Shown here: positions 24,960-36,900 of the stretch, in pieces
How the letters are laid out: each line of letters begins with the position of its first letter
How positions within the stretch are numbered: position 1 is the first letter of the stretch
DNA from: Mobula hypostoma
Lineage: Eukaryota
DNA length: 64,000 bases
Reading direction: 5' to 3'
Assembly (NCBI RefSeq): GCF_963921235.1
Contig: NC_086118.1
Location: 21,764,001-21,828,000, forward strand
Program-made: the position numbers and the translations under genes
The notes under the pieces: generated by a model
What the model was told of the DNA's origin: nothing
Seen by the model: only the letters and a program-made list of their open reading frames with translations
Databases searched by the model: none

Positions 24960-27900
24960 GTCAGTGTGAGAAACTCTTGAAGGGCAGAGAGGACAGGGAG
25001 AATGAGCAAATTGATCTGCTTCAGTTTTCTGAAAACCTGAAAACCCAGAAAATGAGCTCATTCACAAGAATTTAATCAATTAACAGTGAGCCTTTTTACA
25101 CACACTCTGTTTAATTTAAACTTCAATACGAACTTATCAAAAGGTTCCTGTTGTAGTTTTGGATAAAAAGGAATTTCAATTAAGAATTTAACTTGAAATC
25201 TAGATCCAAACTGAATCAAAATCAAACCATAATTTAAATGATCAATATGATCACAGTGAAATGTGCTGTTTCCTTTACTAATGGTTTCTGGGATGATAAT
25301 TCAGAGCCGGAGGTTTCATTTCTTATTCTTTGTAAATACTTCCTTTTTAATGGTATTTGTTTGGGCATGACTTAGTACACATGGAATGTACATCTGACAA
25401 GTTTATGCTGAATACATTTTTTGGAGGAGATCTAAATCAGTTAATTCCAAAATCCTCCCTTCTCCATTTTGTTTTCAGTTTGGCTGCTAAACTAAGTGGA
25501 GGCAAAAGATCTAAAAGCACTACTTAAAAGGAATGCAGGGACAGTTCCTCTGCTATCTTGGCCAATAATCATCACAAATCCCCTTAAAAATAATTTATCA
25601 TTTTCTTACTATTCTTTACGTGCACTTCTTTTATGCAAATAATGATTGAGACTCCAACATTACAACAGTGACCCATATTGTCAGCCATAAAACAGTTTGG
25701 GATCTCCTACAGTAATGAAAGAGGGCTGATTAAAGCAAGTTTTCTGAGGGCTAAGGAACACCTGACCTAAGGCAATGGGAGGATTTGTTTCTTCTTGTTT
25801 TGAATAAGGGCCTGGACTTGAAATATGAACTACTTTCCTTCTGCCTTAGAAGCAACATGTTTGAAACATAAATAGGTTTAACCTTCTGAATAGATATTTT
25901 ACGAAGTCCCACATTTTGCTGACAAGAACTTAAAATGCTTAAGAAAAATCATATATATTGGAATTCTTCTTGACACTTTGCCAAATGAATTGTCTTCAGA
26001 AAACACCGAGTGAATTTTGGCTAAATTAATGCTAAACTTCCTTGCACAATATTGGCAGATGGAATATAGTGCAGGGAACTGTATAGTCAAGCACTTTGGT
26101 AGAGGGAACAATGGAGTAGAGTATTTTCTAAATGGGGAGAAAATTCAAATACCAAAGGTGCAAAGGGACCTGGGAGTCTTTGTGTTGGATTCCCTAAAGG
26201 TTAACTTGCAAGTTACAGCCATCCCACCTCTCCCGGAAGTTCCGGGAGTCTCCTGCATATTAATAGTGGCTCCCTGATGCCCACAAATTATATACAATAT
26301 CACGGAAATCAATTTTTTTGAGAGCGAGCAAGAGAAAACAAGAGAGAGCGCGTGCGTGAGAGAGAGCGAGAGCAAGCAAGCGAGCGAGACAGAGCGCCAG
26401 CGAGAGCAAAAGCAAGCGAGAGCGCTTGAGAGCACACGAGCGACCACGAGAGAGAGAGCGCGAGCGAGAGCGCGCCATGGCAGAGTGTTCCAAAAAAAAT
26501 ATAAAACGTACGTCACCCCAGACTACACTAAAGTGTACCTCTGCCTAATAGAGGTCAAAATAATGACACTGTTGCTCGCTGCACTGTTTGCAACAGTGAC
26601 TTTTCTATTGCCCATGGTGGGTTAAGACTGTAAAAGACACATTGAGGTGAGTCTAACAGGTGTCGTTCGTTCATTAGCATAGCTAACGTTATTTAAACTA
26701 GCTGGCCAGCTGCTAAGGAGTTATTCTATTGCAGACATCCCACCTCTCCCGGAAGTCTCCTGCAAATTGATGGTGCTACCTCCCTGAAATGGGTTTTTGC
26801 AGGGTGGGATGTCTGAAGTTAAGACAGTGGTAGGGTAGGCAAATACAATGTTAGCAATCATTTTGAGAGGACTAGAATATACAAGCAATGATGTAATGCT
26901 GAGGCTTTATAAGGCATTGGTCAAATGACATTTGGTGTATTGTGAGCAGTTTTGGGCCCCTTATCTCAGAAAATCTGTGCTGGCATTGAAGAGGGTCCAG
27001 AGGAGGTTCACAAGCATGATTCTGGGAATAAAGAGGTTAACATATGAGGAGTATTTGATGGTTCTGAGGCTGTACTCACTGGAGTTCAGAAGAAGGGGGG
27101 GGGGGATCTTGCCTAAATAGAGTGGATGTGGAGAGGATGTTTTTATAGTGGGTGAGTCTAGGACTAGAGGGCATTGCATGTGGAGACCAAGTCACTGAGT
27201 ATACTTAAAGTGGAGGTTGATAGATTCTTGATTGAACAGGGTGTCAAAAGTTACGTGGGGAAGGCAGGAGAATGGAATTGAGGGAATAATAAATCAGCCA
27301 TGATGGAATATTGGAGAAGACTTGATGGGCTGAATGGCCTAATTCTGCTCATATATCTTATGGTCTTAAGCTCTAAACCTTCAAAATCTCAAACTACCTA
27401 AAGCAGATGTTGGTATTGACAAAAAGGAAATATAAATCATTGGGAGATTTCAAACACACTGCTAATCCTTTTGGGACGGAGAACTGCTTCATATAATGAT
27501 TGGAATGTCTCTCTGAACTGAAGAGTTTAGTATCCAATTGCAGTAAGGTAGAAGATGAAAAAAAGCTGTAGATGCTGGAAATCTGAAATTTAAAAAATAA
27601 TTTCAGGCCAGGCAGCATCTATGGAAATGGAATATGCCAAGTGTTTACAGCATTTTCTGTTGTTATTTTGTATTTAATTACAGTATGCAGACAAGGAAAT
27701 ATAAAGATCTTGGGTTTATCTAGTAGATTATCCAGATGTGTAGAACCAAGACAGGAGGCATCTTCGTGAAAACTCATGATTATTAACTCCATAGGACAGC
27801 GAAAAAATTTAAGTCCATTTTCAATAATTAAATTATATCTTTGTTTTCTGAGAAAAATCTTTGTAATAGGCAGATAAGTGTTTTCACAATCCCTGTTCCA

Positions 27901-30900
27901 GTAGATAGCAAGTCATTCCCCTGGTACATTACAGTATTAGTGTAACCCTGTTTAGATGAGGCAATTTAAATGGATTCTCATTTTTATGGCATTTCTCAGA
28001 CCAGGTCTGCAAATCTCCCTTTCAAAAGAGCCAAAAATACATTGCCTTATCTCGATGTGGCTGTGTTGTGGTTTGGCCTTATGACTGTGTATCCATAACC
28101 AACTACTTTTCCATTTGCCCACTTTACCTCTTTTCAATTGGTTTAGATGTTCAAACTATGGTCTGACCACTTCTCCTTTGACTCACCCTTTTCCTATTGG
28201 TCCAGGACTCTTGGCCCTCTCTCTACCTATTGATTCACACTTCAATCGCATTCTACTCTCTCCATTGGTTCAGAGCTTATATCACTCCCCAATGATGCAA
28301 ATGACTTACTCTAACCAATAATAGTATTCTTCATTTGTTCATCACCTCCATTTCCTGCTCAGACACTTTGAAGATTATTATTTCCTGCTCACTTTCTCCC
28401 ACTCACCATGACTTTAGCTGGATTATAGAGTAATCACCATCTTGCACTGATTTGGATTCAAAACTCATTCTTCCAAAATCTCAGGTAGGAAGATAGATAC
28501 ATAAACTTACATGGTCTGCAAAGTACATGGGGTGTCCATAATTCTTAACCTGTTTCATATATCTTGAGAAAAAGGCATTTTGAAATCTGTAGTCAGCCAT
28601 ACTGGTTCTAGAATCTTTGTCATAACAACATACAATTAGGCAGGTATTTGTTGGCTTGCTGCTGTGTAACATGGGACAGATTAACTATTGATATATAGCT
28701 TAACTGCTGACTTCCTTGTAATACTAACCACAGATAGAAACATAGAAACACAGAAAATAGGTTCAGGAGTAGGCCATTCGGCCCTTCGAGCCTGCACTGC
28801 CATTTATTATGATCATGGCTGATCATCCAACTCAGAACCCTGCACCAGCCTTCCCTCCATACCCTCTGATCCCCCTAGCCACAAGGGCCATATCTAACTC
28901 ACTCTTAAATATAGCCAATGAACTGGCCTCAACTGTTTCCTGTGGCAGAGAATTCCACAGATTCACCACTCTTTGTGTGAAGAAGTTTTTCCTAATCTCA
29001 GTGCTAAAAGGCTTCGCCTTTATCCTCAAACTGTGACCCCTCGTTCTGGACTTCCCCAACATCGGGAACAATCTTCCTGCAACTAGCCTGTCCAATCCCT
29101 TTAGGATTTTATACGTTTCAATCAGATCCCCCCTCAATCTTCTAAATTCCAACGAGTACAAGCCCAGTTCATCCAGTCTTTCTTCATATGAAAGTCCTGC
29201 CATCCCAGGAATCAATCTGGTGAACCTTCCTTGTACTCCCTCTATGGCAAGGATGTCTTTCCTCAGATTAGGGGACCAAAACTGCACACAGTACTCCAGG
29301 TGTGGTCTCACCAAGGCCTTGTACAACTACAGTAGTACCTCCCTGCTCCTGTACTCGAATCCTCTTGCTATAAATACTAGCATACCATTCGCCTTTTTCA
29401 CCGCCTGCTGTACCTGCATGTCCACTTTTAATGATTGGTGTATAATGACACCCAGGTCTCGTTGCACCTCCCCTTTTCCTAATCGGCCACCATTCAAATA
29501 ATAATCTGTTTTCCTATTTTTGCCACCAAAGTGGATAACTTCACATTTATCCACATTAAATTGCATCTGCCATGAATTTGTCCACTCACCCAACCTATCC
29601 AAGTCACCCTGCATCCTCTTAGCATCCTCCTCACAGCTAACACTGCCGCCCAGCTTCGTGTCATCCGCAAACTTGAAGATGCTGCATTTAACTCCCTCAT
29701 CCAAGTCATTAATATATATTGTAAACAACTGGGGTCCCTGCACTGAGCCTTGCGGTACCCCACTAGTCACTGCCTGCCATTCTGAAAAGGTCCCGTTTAT
29801 TCCCACTCTTTGCTTCCTGTCTGCTAACTAATTCTCTATCCACATCAATACCTTACCCCCAATACCGTGTGCTTTAAGTTTGCACACTAATCTCCTGTGT
29901 GGGACCTTGTCAAAAGCCTTTTGAAAATCCAAATATACCACATCCACTGGTTCTCCCCTATCCACTCTACTAGTTCCATCCTCAAAAAAATTCTATGAGA
30001 TTCGTCTGACATGATTTTCCTTTCACAAATCCATGCTGACTTTGTCCGATGATTTCACCGCTTTCCAAATGTGCTGTTATCACATCTTTGATAACTGACT
30101 CCAGCAGTTTCCCCACCACCGACGTTAGTCTAACCGGTCTATAATTCCCCGGTTTCTCTCTCCCTCCTTTTTTAAAAAGTGGGGTTACATTAGCCACCCT
30201 CCAATCCTCAGGAACTAGTCCAGAATCTAACGAGTTTTGAAAAATTATCACTAATGCATCCACTATTTCTTGGGCTACTTCCTTAAGCACTCTGGGATGC
30301 AGACCATCTGGCCCTGGGGATTTATCTGCCTATAATCCCTTCAATTTACCTAGCACCACTTCCCTACTAACATGTATTTCGCTCAGTTCCTCCACCTCAC
30401 CGGACCCTCTGTCCCCTACTATTTCTGGAAGATTATTTATGTCCTCCTTAGTGAAGACAGAACCAAAGTAATTATTCAATTGGTCTGCCACGTCCTTGCT
30501 CCCCATATTATGCTACTTCATTCAATATAGTACTTAGACAAAATCCACTCTTTGAAGCCAAATGCTTTGGGAGCTTTGTCCCTGACATTACATGCTGGCC
30601 ATGTCTAAAGAGTGGAGTAGGAAAACCTACCAAATATGATAATTCAATCACAGATTAGTCAAAAATTTGATATGATTAGGTGCTATAAATTCCCATTAAG
30701 ATGCCCCTTGTCTTCTGTGTCCTTTGCCCCATATTATAACTTCTTATTTCTCATATTGTTATTCCAGAATGAACTCCGGGAAACGAAACTTAAAATTGAC
30801 AAGAAAATTAATGTTGCAAAGAATGCAATTGAGAAACTCCAGAATAATTCCACCTCCATTGTAGTAAGTCAAGAAACTTTCTCCTATCTCATAACTCACA

Positions 30901-33900
30901 CCATCTGCATTTGACATTAACCATCAGCACATAATAGATTAACATTTGTGGTGAAACTTTCATTTCACAGGGAGCGAGAACCATCCCAACATTAAATGCT
31001 GGGAATGACTTAACCATATTACCAGATACCGGAATTAATATCTACACCTTTCCTTCTGGGCTTTTTCTGAAGTCCTTTCCTAAAGGTGCAGTTATCTGCT
31101 GTGGTAGAATGGCACTCATGCAAGTTGACCCCTATTCTTCAACCTAAGAAGAACAATACTGCATAGTGACAGTGCCAAGCCTGATTCCCTTCATGCTCCA
31201 TATTCACCCATATACACTTCCAAGCAGAAAGCTTTAAGCAGAAGTTCGGAATGGGAACTCAGTTTGTTTCTCCATCATGTACAGTCCCACTCTGTCCTTT
31301 CTGATCTAGGAACATTACAGCCACATGTAACACTATCATCCTATCAAAGGACAAGGCCCATGTCCTCTGTCAATCTCTATCCTGATGCTCTTGTGAGTGC
31401 TGCTTATGACACTAATGTGATGATACTGCTGTTTCACGTTTTGATAATAACCAATTTCACTCCTGTCTCATAGAAAACCTCCCACTCTGTAGCGAATTAC
31501 AGTGAACAATGTACCACAATCAATGTCATCAGAACAAATGCCTGCTAATTGTGACATAAAATCACTGGTCCACAAGCATCTGCATAGAGGACAGATAAAT
31601 TCATGTTTCAGCTCCTCTGCTGAGAGTTTCCACCAATATTAGATTTTGTTTTGGATTTATAGTGTGTGCAGGGTATTTTTCCTTATCATGTCACAGGCAG
31701 AACTTTTTTTAAGGTCTATTTTAGCCTGTTCATTTGCAATAGGCACCCATCTTTCAAATCACATGTTCTGGTGCAGAATAGGCATATTCTATGAGAAAAG
31801 TCAACAATACTTGATTTTAATGCTTTGATCTTTTTATTTGTTTAAATGTATTATCTGTTCTAGAATTCAGTGTCAGAGGTGAAACCCAACATTGAAAGAC
31901 AGTTCAGTGACCTCATGGAAGCTGTTCAAAATGCACGGAAAGAGGTGCTCAAATTTTTGGAGAACGAGCAGTGTGCTTCACTGAAGCAGGCAGATGGAAT
32001 TCGCATTCACTTGGAACAGAAGTGTGCTGAGCTGCAAAGGACAAAGGATCAGGTTGAAGCACTGATGAAGCAGAGGAACACAGTGCAGTTTTTACAGGTG
32101 AGGGAGGCCAGATTTGTGGTCTGGGATTCACAATGGCAATTATGTCTGACACTTATTACACTCTGATACTTGTTGGTAATTCTTCCTGCTTTGAGATACC
32201 AGAAAAAAATTAGCCTATTGTCGTCATCAGTGGTTAAAGTTGAGTCAGTTATTAAGAAAGACGGAATAGAAATATGAAGTTAATTCTCCATCTCAATTAA
32301 AAATAAAATATATTTGCTTAAACACTACCAATATTTTGAACCAAAAGGCTTGTTCCTGTGCTGAAATGCGTTTTTTTGATTTTTTATGAAGTAATAATCT
32401 TAATTTATTGTTCTACATAAAAAACTATTTATTATTAAATACAGCACAATTGTATTGTTTGCAGAACTGCAAAGATTTGCTTCTATTACACAGTAAAACT
32501 TATAACAACTTCTGCAAATGCTGTTTTTTGTTAAGCAGTGGGGTGGCCAACCTTTTACATTCCATATGTCAGTTTTTTCCACGCACGAGTTCAGATGTGA
32601 TTTTTTCACGCACGAGTTCAGATGCGATTTTTTCACGCACGAGTTCAGATGCGATTTTTTTCATGCATGAGTTCTATATTAACATATGTTTACAAGAATT
32701 GAATGGGGGTACAAGAGTTGTATGGCGCATCTGAACTCGTGAGTGAAAAGATTGATGCATGGAATGTAAAAGGTTGGCCACCCCGATATAAGACATAGGA
32801 GCAGAATTAGCTCATCGAATCAGATAATGGGATCGGGGGGGGAAAGTAAATCAACCAGGATGAAATGCTCTCCACCATTTCATCACAGTTGACTTATCAT
32901 CCCTCTCAACCCCATTCTCTTGCCGTCTCCCCCTAACCTTTGACACCCTTTCTAATCAAGAACCAACCAAACTCTTCTTTAAATATACCCAATGACTTGG
33001 CCTCCACAGCCATCTGTGGCACTGAATTCCACAGACTCCCCAACCTCTGGCTAATGAAATGAACCCTCATCATCTTTGTTGGGATGTCCCTAAATTCCAA
33101 GGCCATACCTTCTGGCCCAAGACCCCTCCACGTCCATGCGTATCCAATGCAAGGTTGATGTTGTTGCTACGATACTCTAGAACAGATATATGCTTAGTGA
33201 AAGGCATGGGCCTCAGGCTGGGAAATTGGCTATGTTTAAAATACTAAGGCCAGCAGCAGAGTGATTTACAGAACTTCTCTCAACAGAGTTGCTCTCAGGA
33301 ACTCAAAGAGAGAAAGACACTATAGGATTTTTATGGATGATCATGCTGCTTTCCTTCTTAAAGACAACTCCTACCCCTTTTTGTGGGGTATTCTGACCAC
33401 AATGGTTCCTGCCTTGTATGCCTATCTCACCAAGGAATATCATTGTATCCAATATCATCACTCAGCTACCAAATCTGTTCTAAATCAGCTGTTGGCGACC
33501 ACAATAGTGGGAGAATGTGCTCATGCAGCAGACTACCTGCTTGTTGAACTAACTCGTTCACGGCCTTACATGAAACTGGGTTCTATCCAGTGCTGTGTCA
33601 TCCTAACACAAGTTTCAGGCCCATGATTCAAAAATACCTTAGAAAGAGAATTTTATTTATTGTAAGATTGGTTCACCTTGTAACTGATACTCATGCGTTT
33701 GGCCTAAATTTTATGTCACCTTTGGTAACATAAATAAAAAATTAGAGTATTTTCTTCGAGTATTTCGCTATTGGAGCGAGTTTGATCAGCAGCTCAGTCT
33801 GTTTGATGAGATCACATTGGCTGAACGCTGCATATCTACTGAAGATGACATCAGACAAATTATTGTTGATAATGGAGAAACCAATATTGCAGTGATAGCT

Positions 33901-36900
33901 AAGTATTTGTGGAAAACTTTTTTATAAGTTAGCAGGGAATCTTGTCACCTTTCAGGTTTCTGTGGTAAGAGACAGACAGATACAACAGCTCTCTTCCTAA
34001 TTGATGAAATCCATGGAGATGCAGATAAAAATGCAAGGTTTCTTCCAGTCCAAGCACATCAAAATCCTTAAAGTAACCAGCTGAACTTTATCACACAATT
34101 CTCTGTATACTTATTGCATTTAGCATATTTAAGATTTTTCAGTGTTCTGTGGAAATGACTCATTTTAGGAATTTTGTGAATGGAAGAAAAATATGCCAGA
34201 TGATAAGCTGCCCAGTGTATACATTGGGCTGATAGACAAACTTGCTGGAATTAGTGCGGCTGTTTCGGAATCAACAGAGACTATCTTGGAGTTGCTACAG
34301 ACTTCCTACAAAGAGAAACTAAAGGAATTTGCAAGAGAAGGTCAGTCATTATTTCTTTTGCTTTTGCCTACATGTAATATTATGCTTGCTTGGTGCTACT
34401 CAGTGTGCAAACTATTCTCTTTCCCACTCTCCCCCCGCCAAGAAGCGCTGAATGAAATTTATGTCATAAGTAGATAAATAGTGATAAGTAGTGTTGACGT
34501 GGTCGCTAGTTCGAGCTTCAGCTGAGGCAGTGTGTTGTGTCCTTGAGCAAGGCACTTAACCACACATTGCTCTGCGACGACACCGGTGCCAAGCTGTATC
34601 AGCCCTAGTGCCCTTCCCTTGGACAACATCGGTGGCGTGGAGAGGGGAGACCTGCAGCATGCGCAACTGCCAGTCTTGCATTCAACCTTGCCCAGGCCTG
34701 CGCCCTGGAAACCTTCCAAGGCGCAATCCATGGTCTCAAGAGACTAATGGATGCCTATATAAAAAAAAACTAGATAAATAACTACTTTCAATAGCAATGG
34801 GCTGGAAATTGCGGGATCTGGGCATCTCAGGTTTAGACTTTACCTTACATCATTGGGCTGAAGCGTTCGACTCTTGATCCTTTGGCTTCTTGTCTTACAG
34901 TTATAGCTAAAGCTATCGATTGGCAGCCCATCCCTCCACCAAAGTCCTGTACCCCACTTGTCCCTTTAATGTATGTGGGAGATTACTTGCCAACCATAAA
35001 AGCCTTCACTCTTTCCTATCTAAATCTGGTTCTTCCTCTTGAAATAAAAACAAAAATTGCCAGAAACATTTAACAGGTCAGGCAGCATCTATGGAAAGAG
35101 AAACAGAATTGGAATTGGACTTGTAATTACTTTGTTATTGTTAGATCTACTGAGGTACAGTGAAATGCTTGTCTTGCATATTTTTCCTACAGATCAACTC
35201 ATTATTATGTGCATTGAGGTAGTACAAAGCAAAAATAGAATGCAGAATAAAATTTAACAGCTACAAAGGTAGACAATAAGATACAAGATCGTAATGAAGT
35301 ACTGTAGATTGTGAGATCAAGAGTCTACCTTATTGTACCGGGGAACTATTCAACCTCTGAGACCCCTCATAAGAATTGGGAACAAGAAAAAAATAGATTT
35401 GTTTTAACTACAACCAAGAGAAAATCTGCAGATGCTGGAATTCTGAGCAGCACACACAAAATGCTGGAGGAATTCAGCAGGCCGGGCAGCATCAATGGAA
35501 ATAAGTACAGTTGACGTTTTGGGCCAAAACCCTTCAGCAGGACTGGTTTCAGCCCAAAATCCTGCAATCCTGCCAAAGGGTTTTGGCCCAAAGCATTGAT
35601 TGTATTTTTTTCCAATGATGCTGCCAGGCCTGCTGAGTTCCTCCAGCATTTTGTGTGTGTTGCTGTGGTTTGTTTTAAGATACAGAGAGAGGCTAGGTGT
35701 GAAGGGATGATTAGGAGAGAGGGAATTTCTCAGATAGGGTAATGCTGGGTATGCCCTGGGCATAGGTTGTTGAGGACAAGCAGGCCTTCTTCCTTTGCAC
35801 AAGCAAGGAATCAATAGCCATTGTCTATTGGGACTCATAGAAAAATAGCATTGCCACAGGGTGTGCCCAATTTTCAAGTTGATCTTTTTTGTGCAATTTG
35901 TTTTGTAAATTCTTACAGGATTTTCATGTTTATAAAGCTTTCTTTAATGATATATTGCTGTCTAGAATCATTTCAGACCGTTATTTTTTATTTCCAGTGT
36001 AACCCAAAGGGTGCAGTCAAATTATGTTAGAACAGCAATACCCTCTAAGGACTTCTAGCAAGTTATTTGGTGCAGCACTTGACCAAAAATAACCCACTTG
36101 GTATTCTTATTGAGGCTATGGTTGGGATACCGTTACAGCTTATCCTGTTGGGATTGGGCTAGCAGAATCATTGCAGATCAGGGAGAGCATCCATGGATTG
36201 AAAAATTGCAAGGGGATTGATGTTGGGAATAGATGTTCTCAGGGAAGTGCACAACGGAAATCTGGAGTTTGTTTAGGGAGCATCTGCATGGGGTTAGAAA
36301 TAGGTTTTTCCCATTAAGACAAGGAAAGGGTGGCGGGCTGAAGAAACTGTGATTGACAAGAGATATGGAACATCTCATCAAGAGGAACTAAGAAGCATAC
36401 TTACAGTTTAGGAAACAAGGATCAGAGAGGGCTTTGAAGAGTTATAATGTAGCCAGGAAGGACCATAAGAAGGGAATTAGGAGATCAAAAAGGGGGCATA
36501 AGAAGGCCTTGGCAAAAATGATTAATGAGGAATTCTACACATATGAGAATAACAGGAGGATGACAGGAGTGAGCAAAGATTAAAAAAAAGAAACTTGTGC
36601 TTGTTGTCAGAGAAGGTTGGCAAGGTTCTTAATGAATACCTTGCCTCAGTATTCATAAGTGTGAGGGATTTTGACAAAAGTGAGGACAGCGTAGAACAGG
36701 CTAATATACTGGAACATGTTGATGTTAAAAAAGAAGATGTACTGGAACTTTTTATAAACATTAGGACAGATAAATCGCTGGGGCCAGATGGGATATACCT
36801 CAGGTTACTATGGAAAGCGAGGGAAGAGATTGCTGTGACTTTGGAGAAGATCTTTGCATCCTCAGTGGCATCCTCAAGGTCCAGAGGAATGTATGAGGAG

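Noticed and set aside
26145..26625. Arg/Glu- and Leu/Ser-rich ORFs
   Set aside because: Translations of an (AG/CG) low-complexity tract within a MITE.
32575..32675. Short direct repeats as CRISPR or a coding repeat
   Set aside because: No spacers; they are subterminal repeats inside a TIR element.
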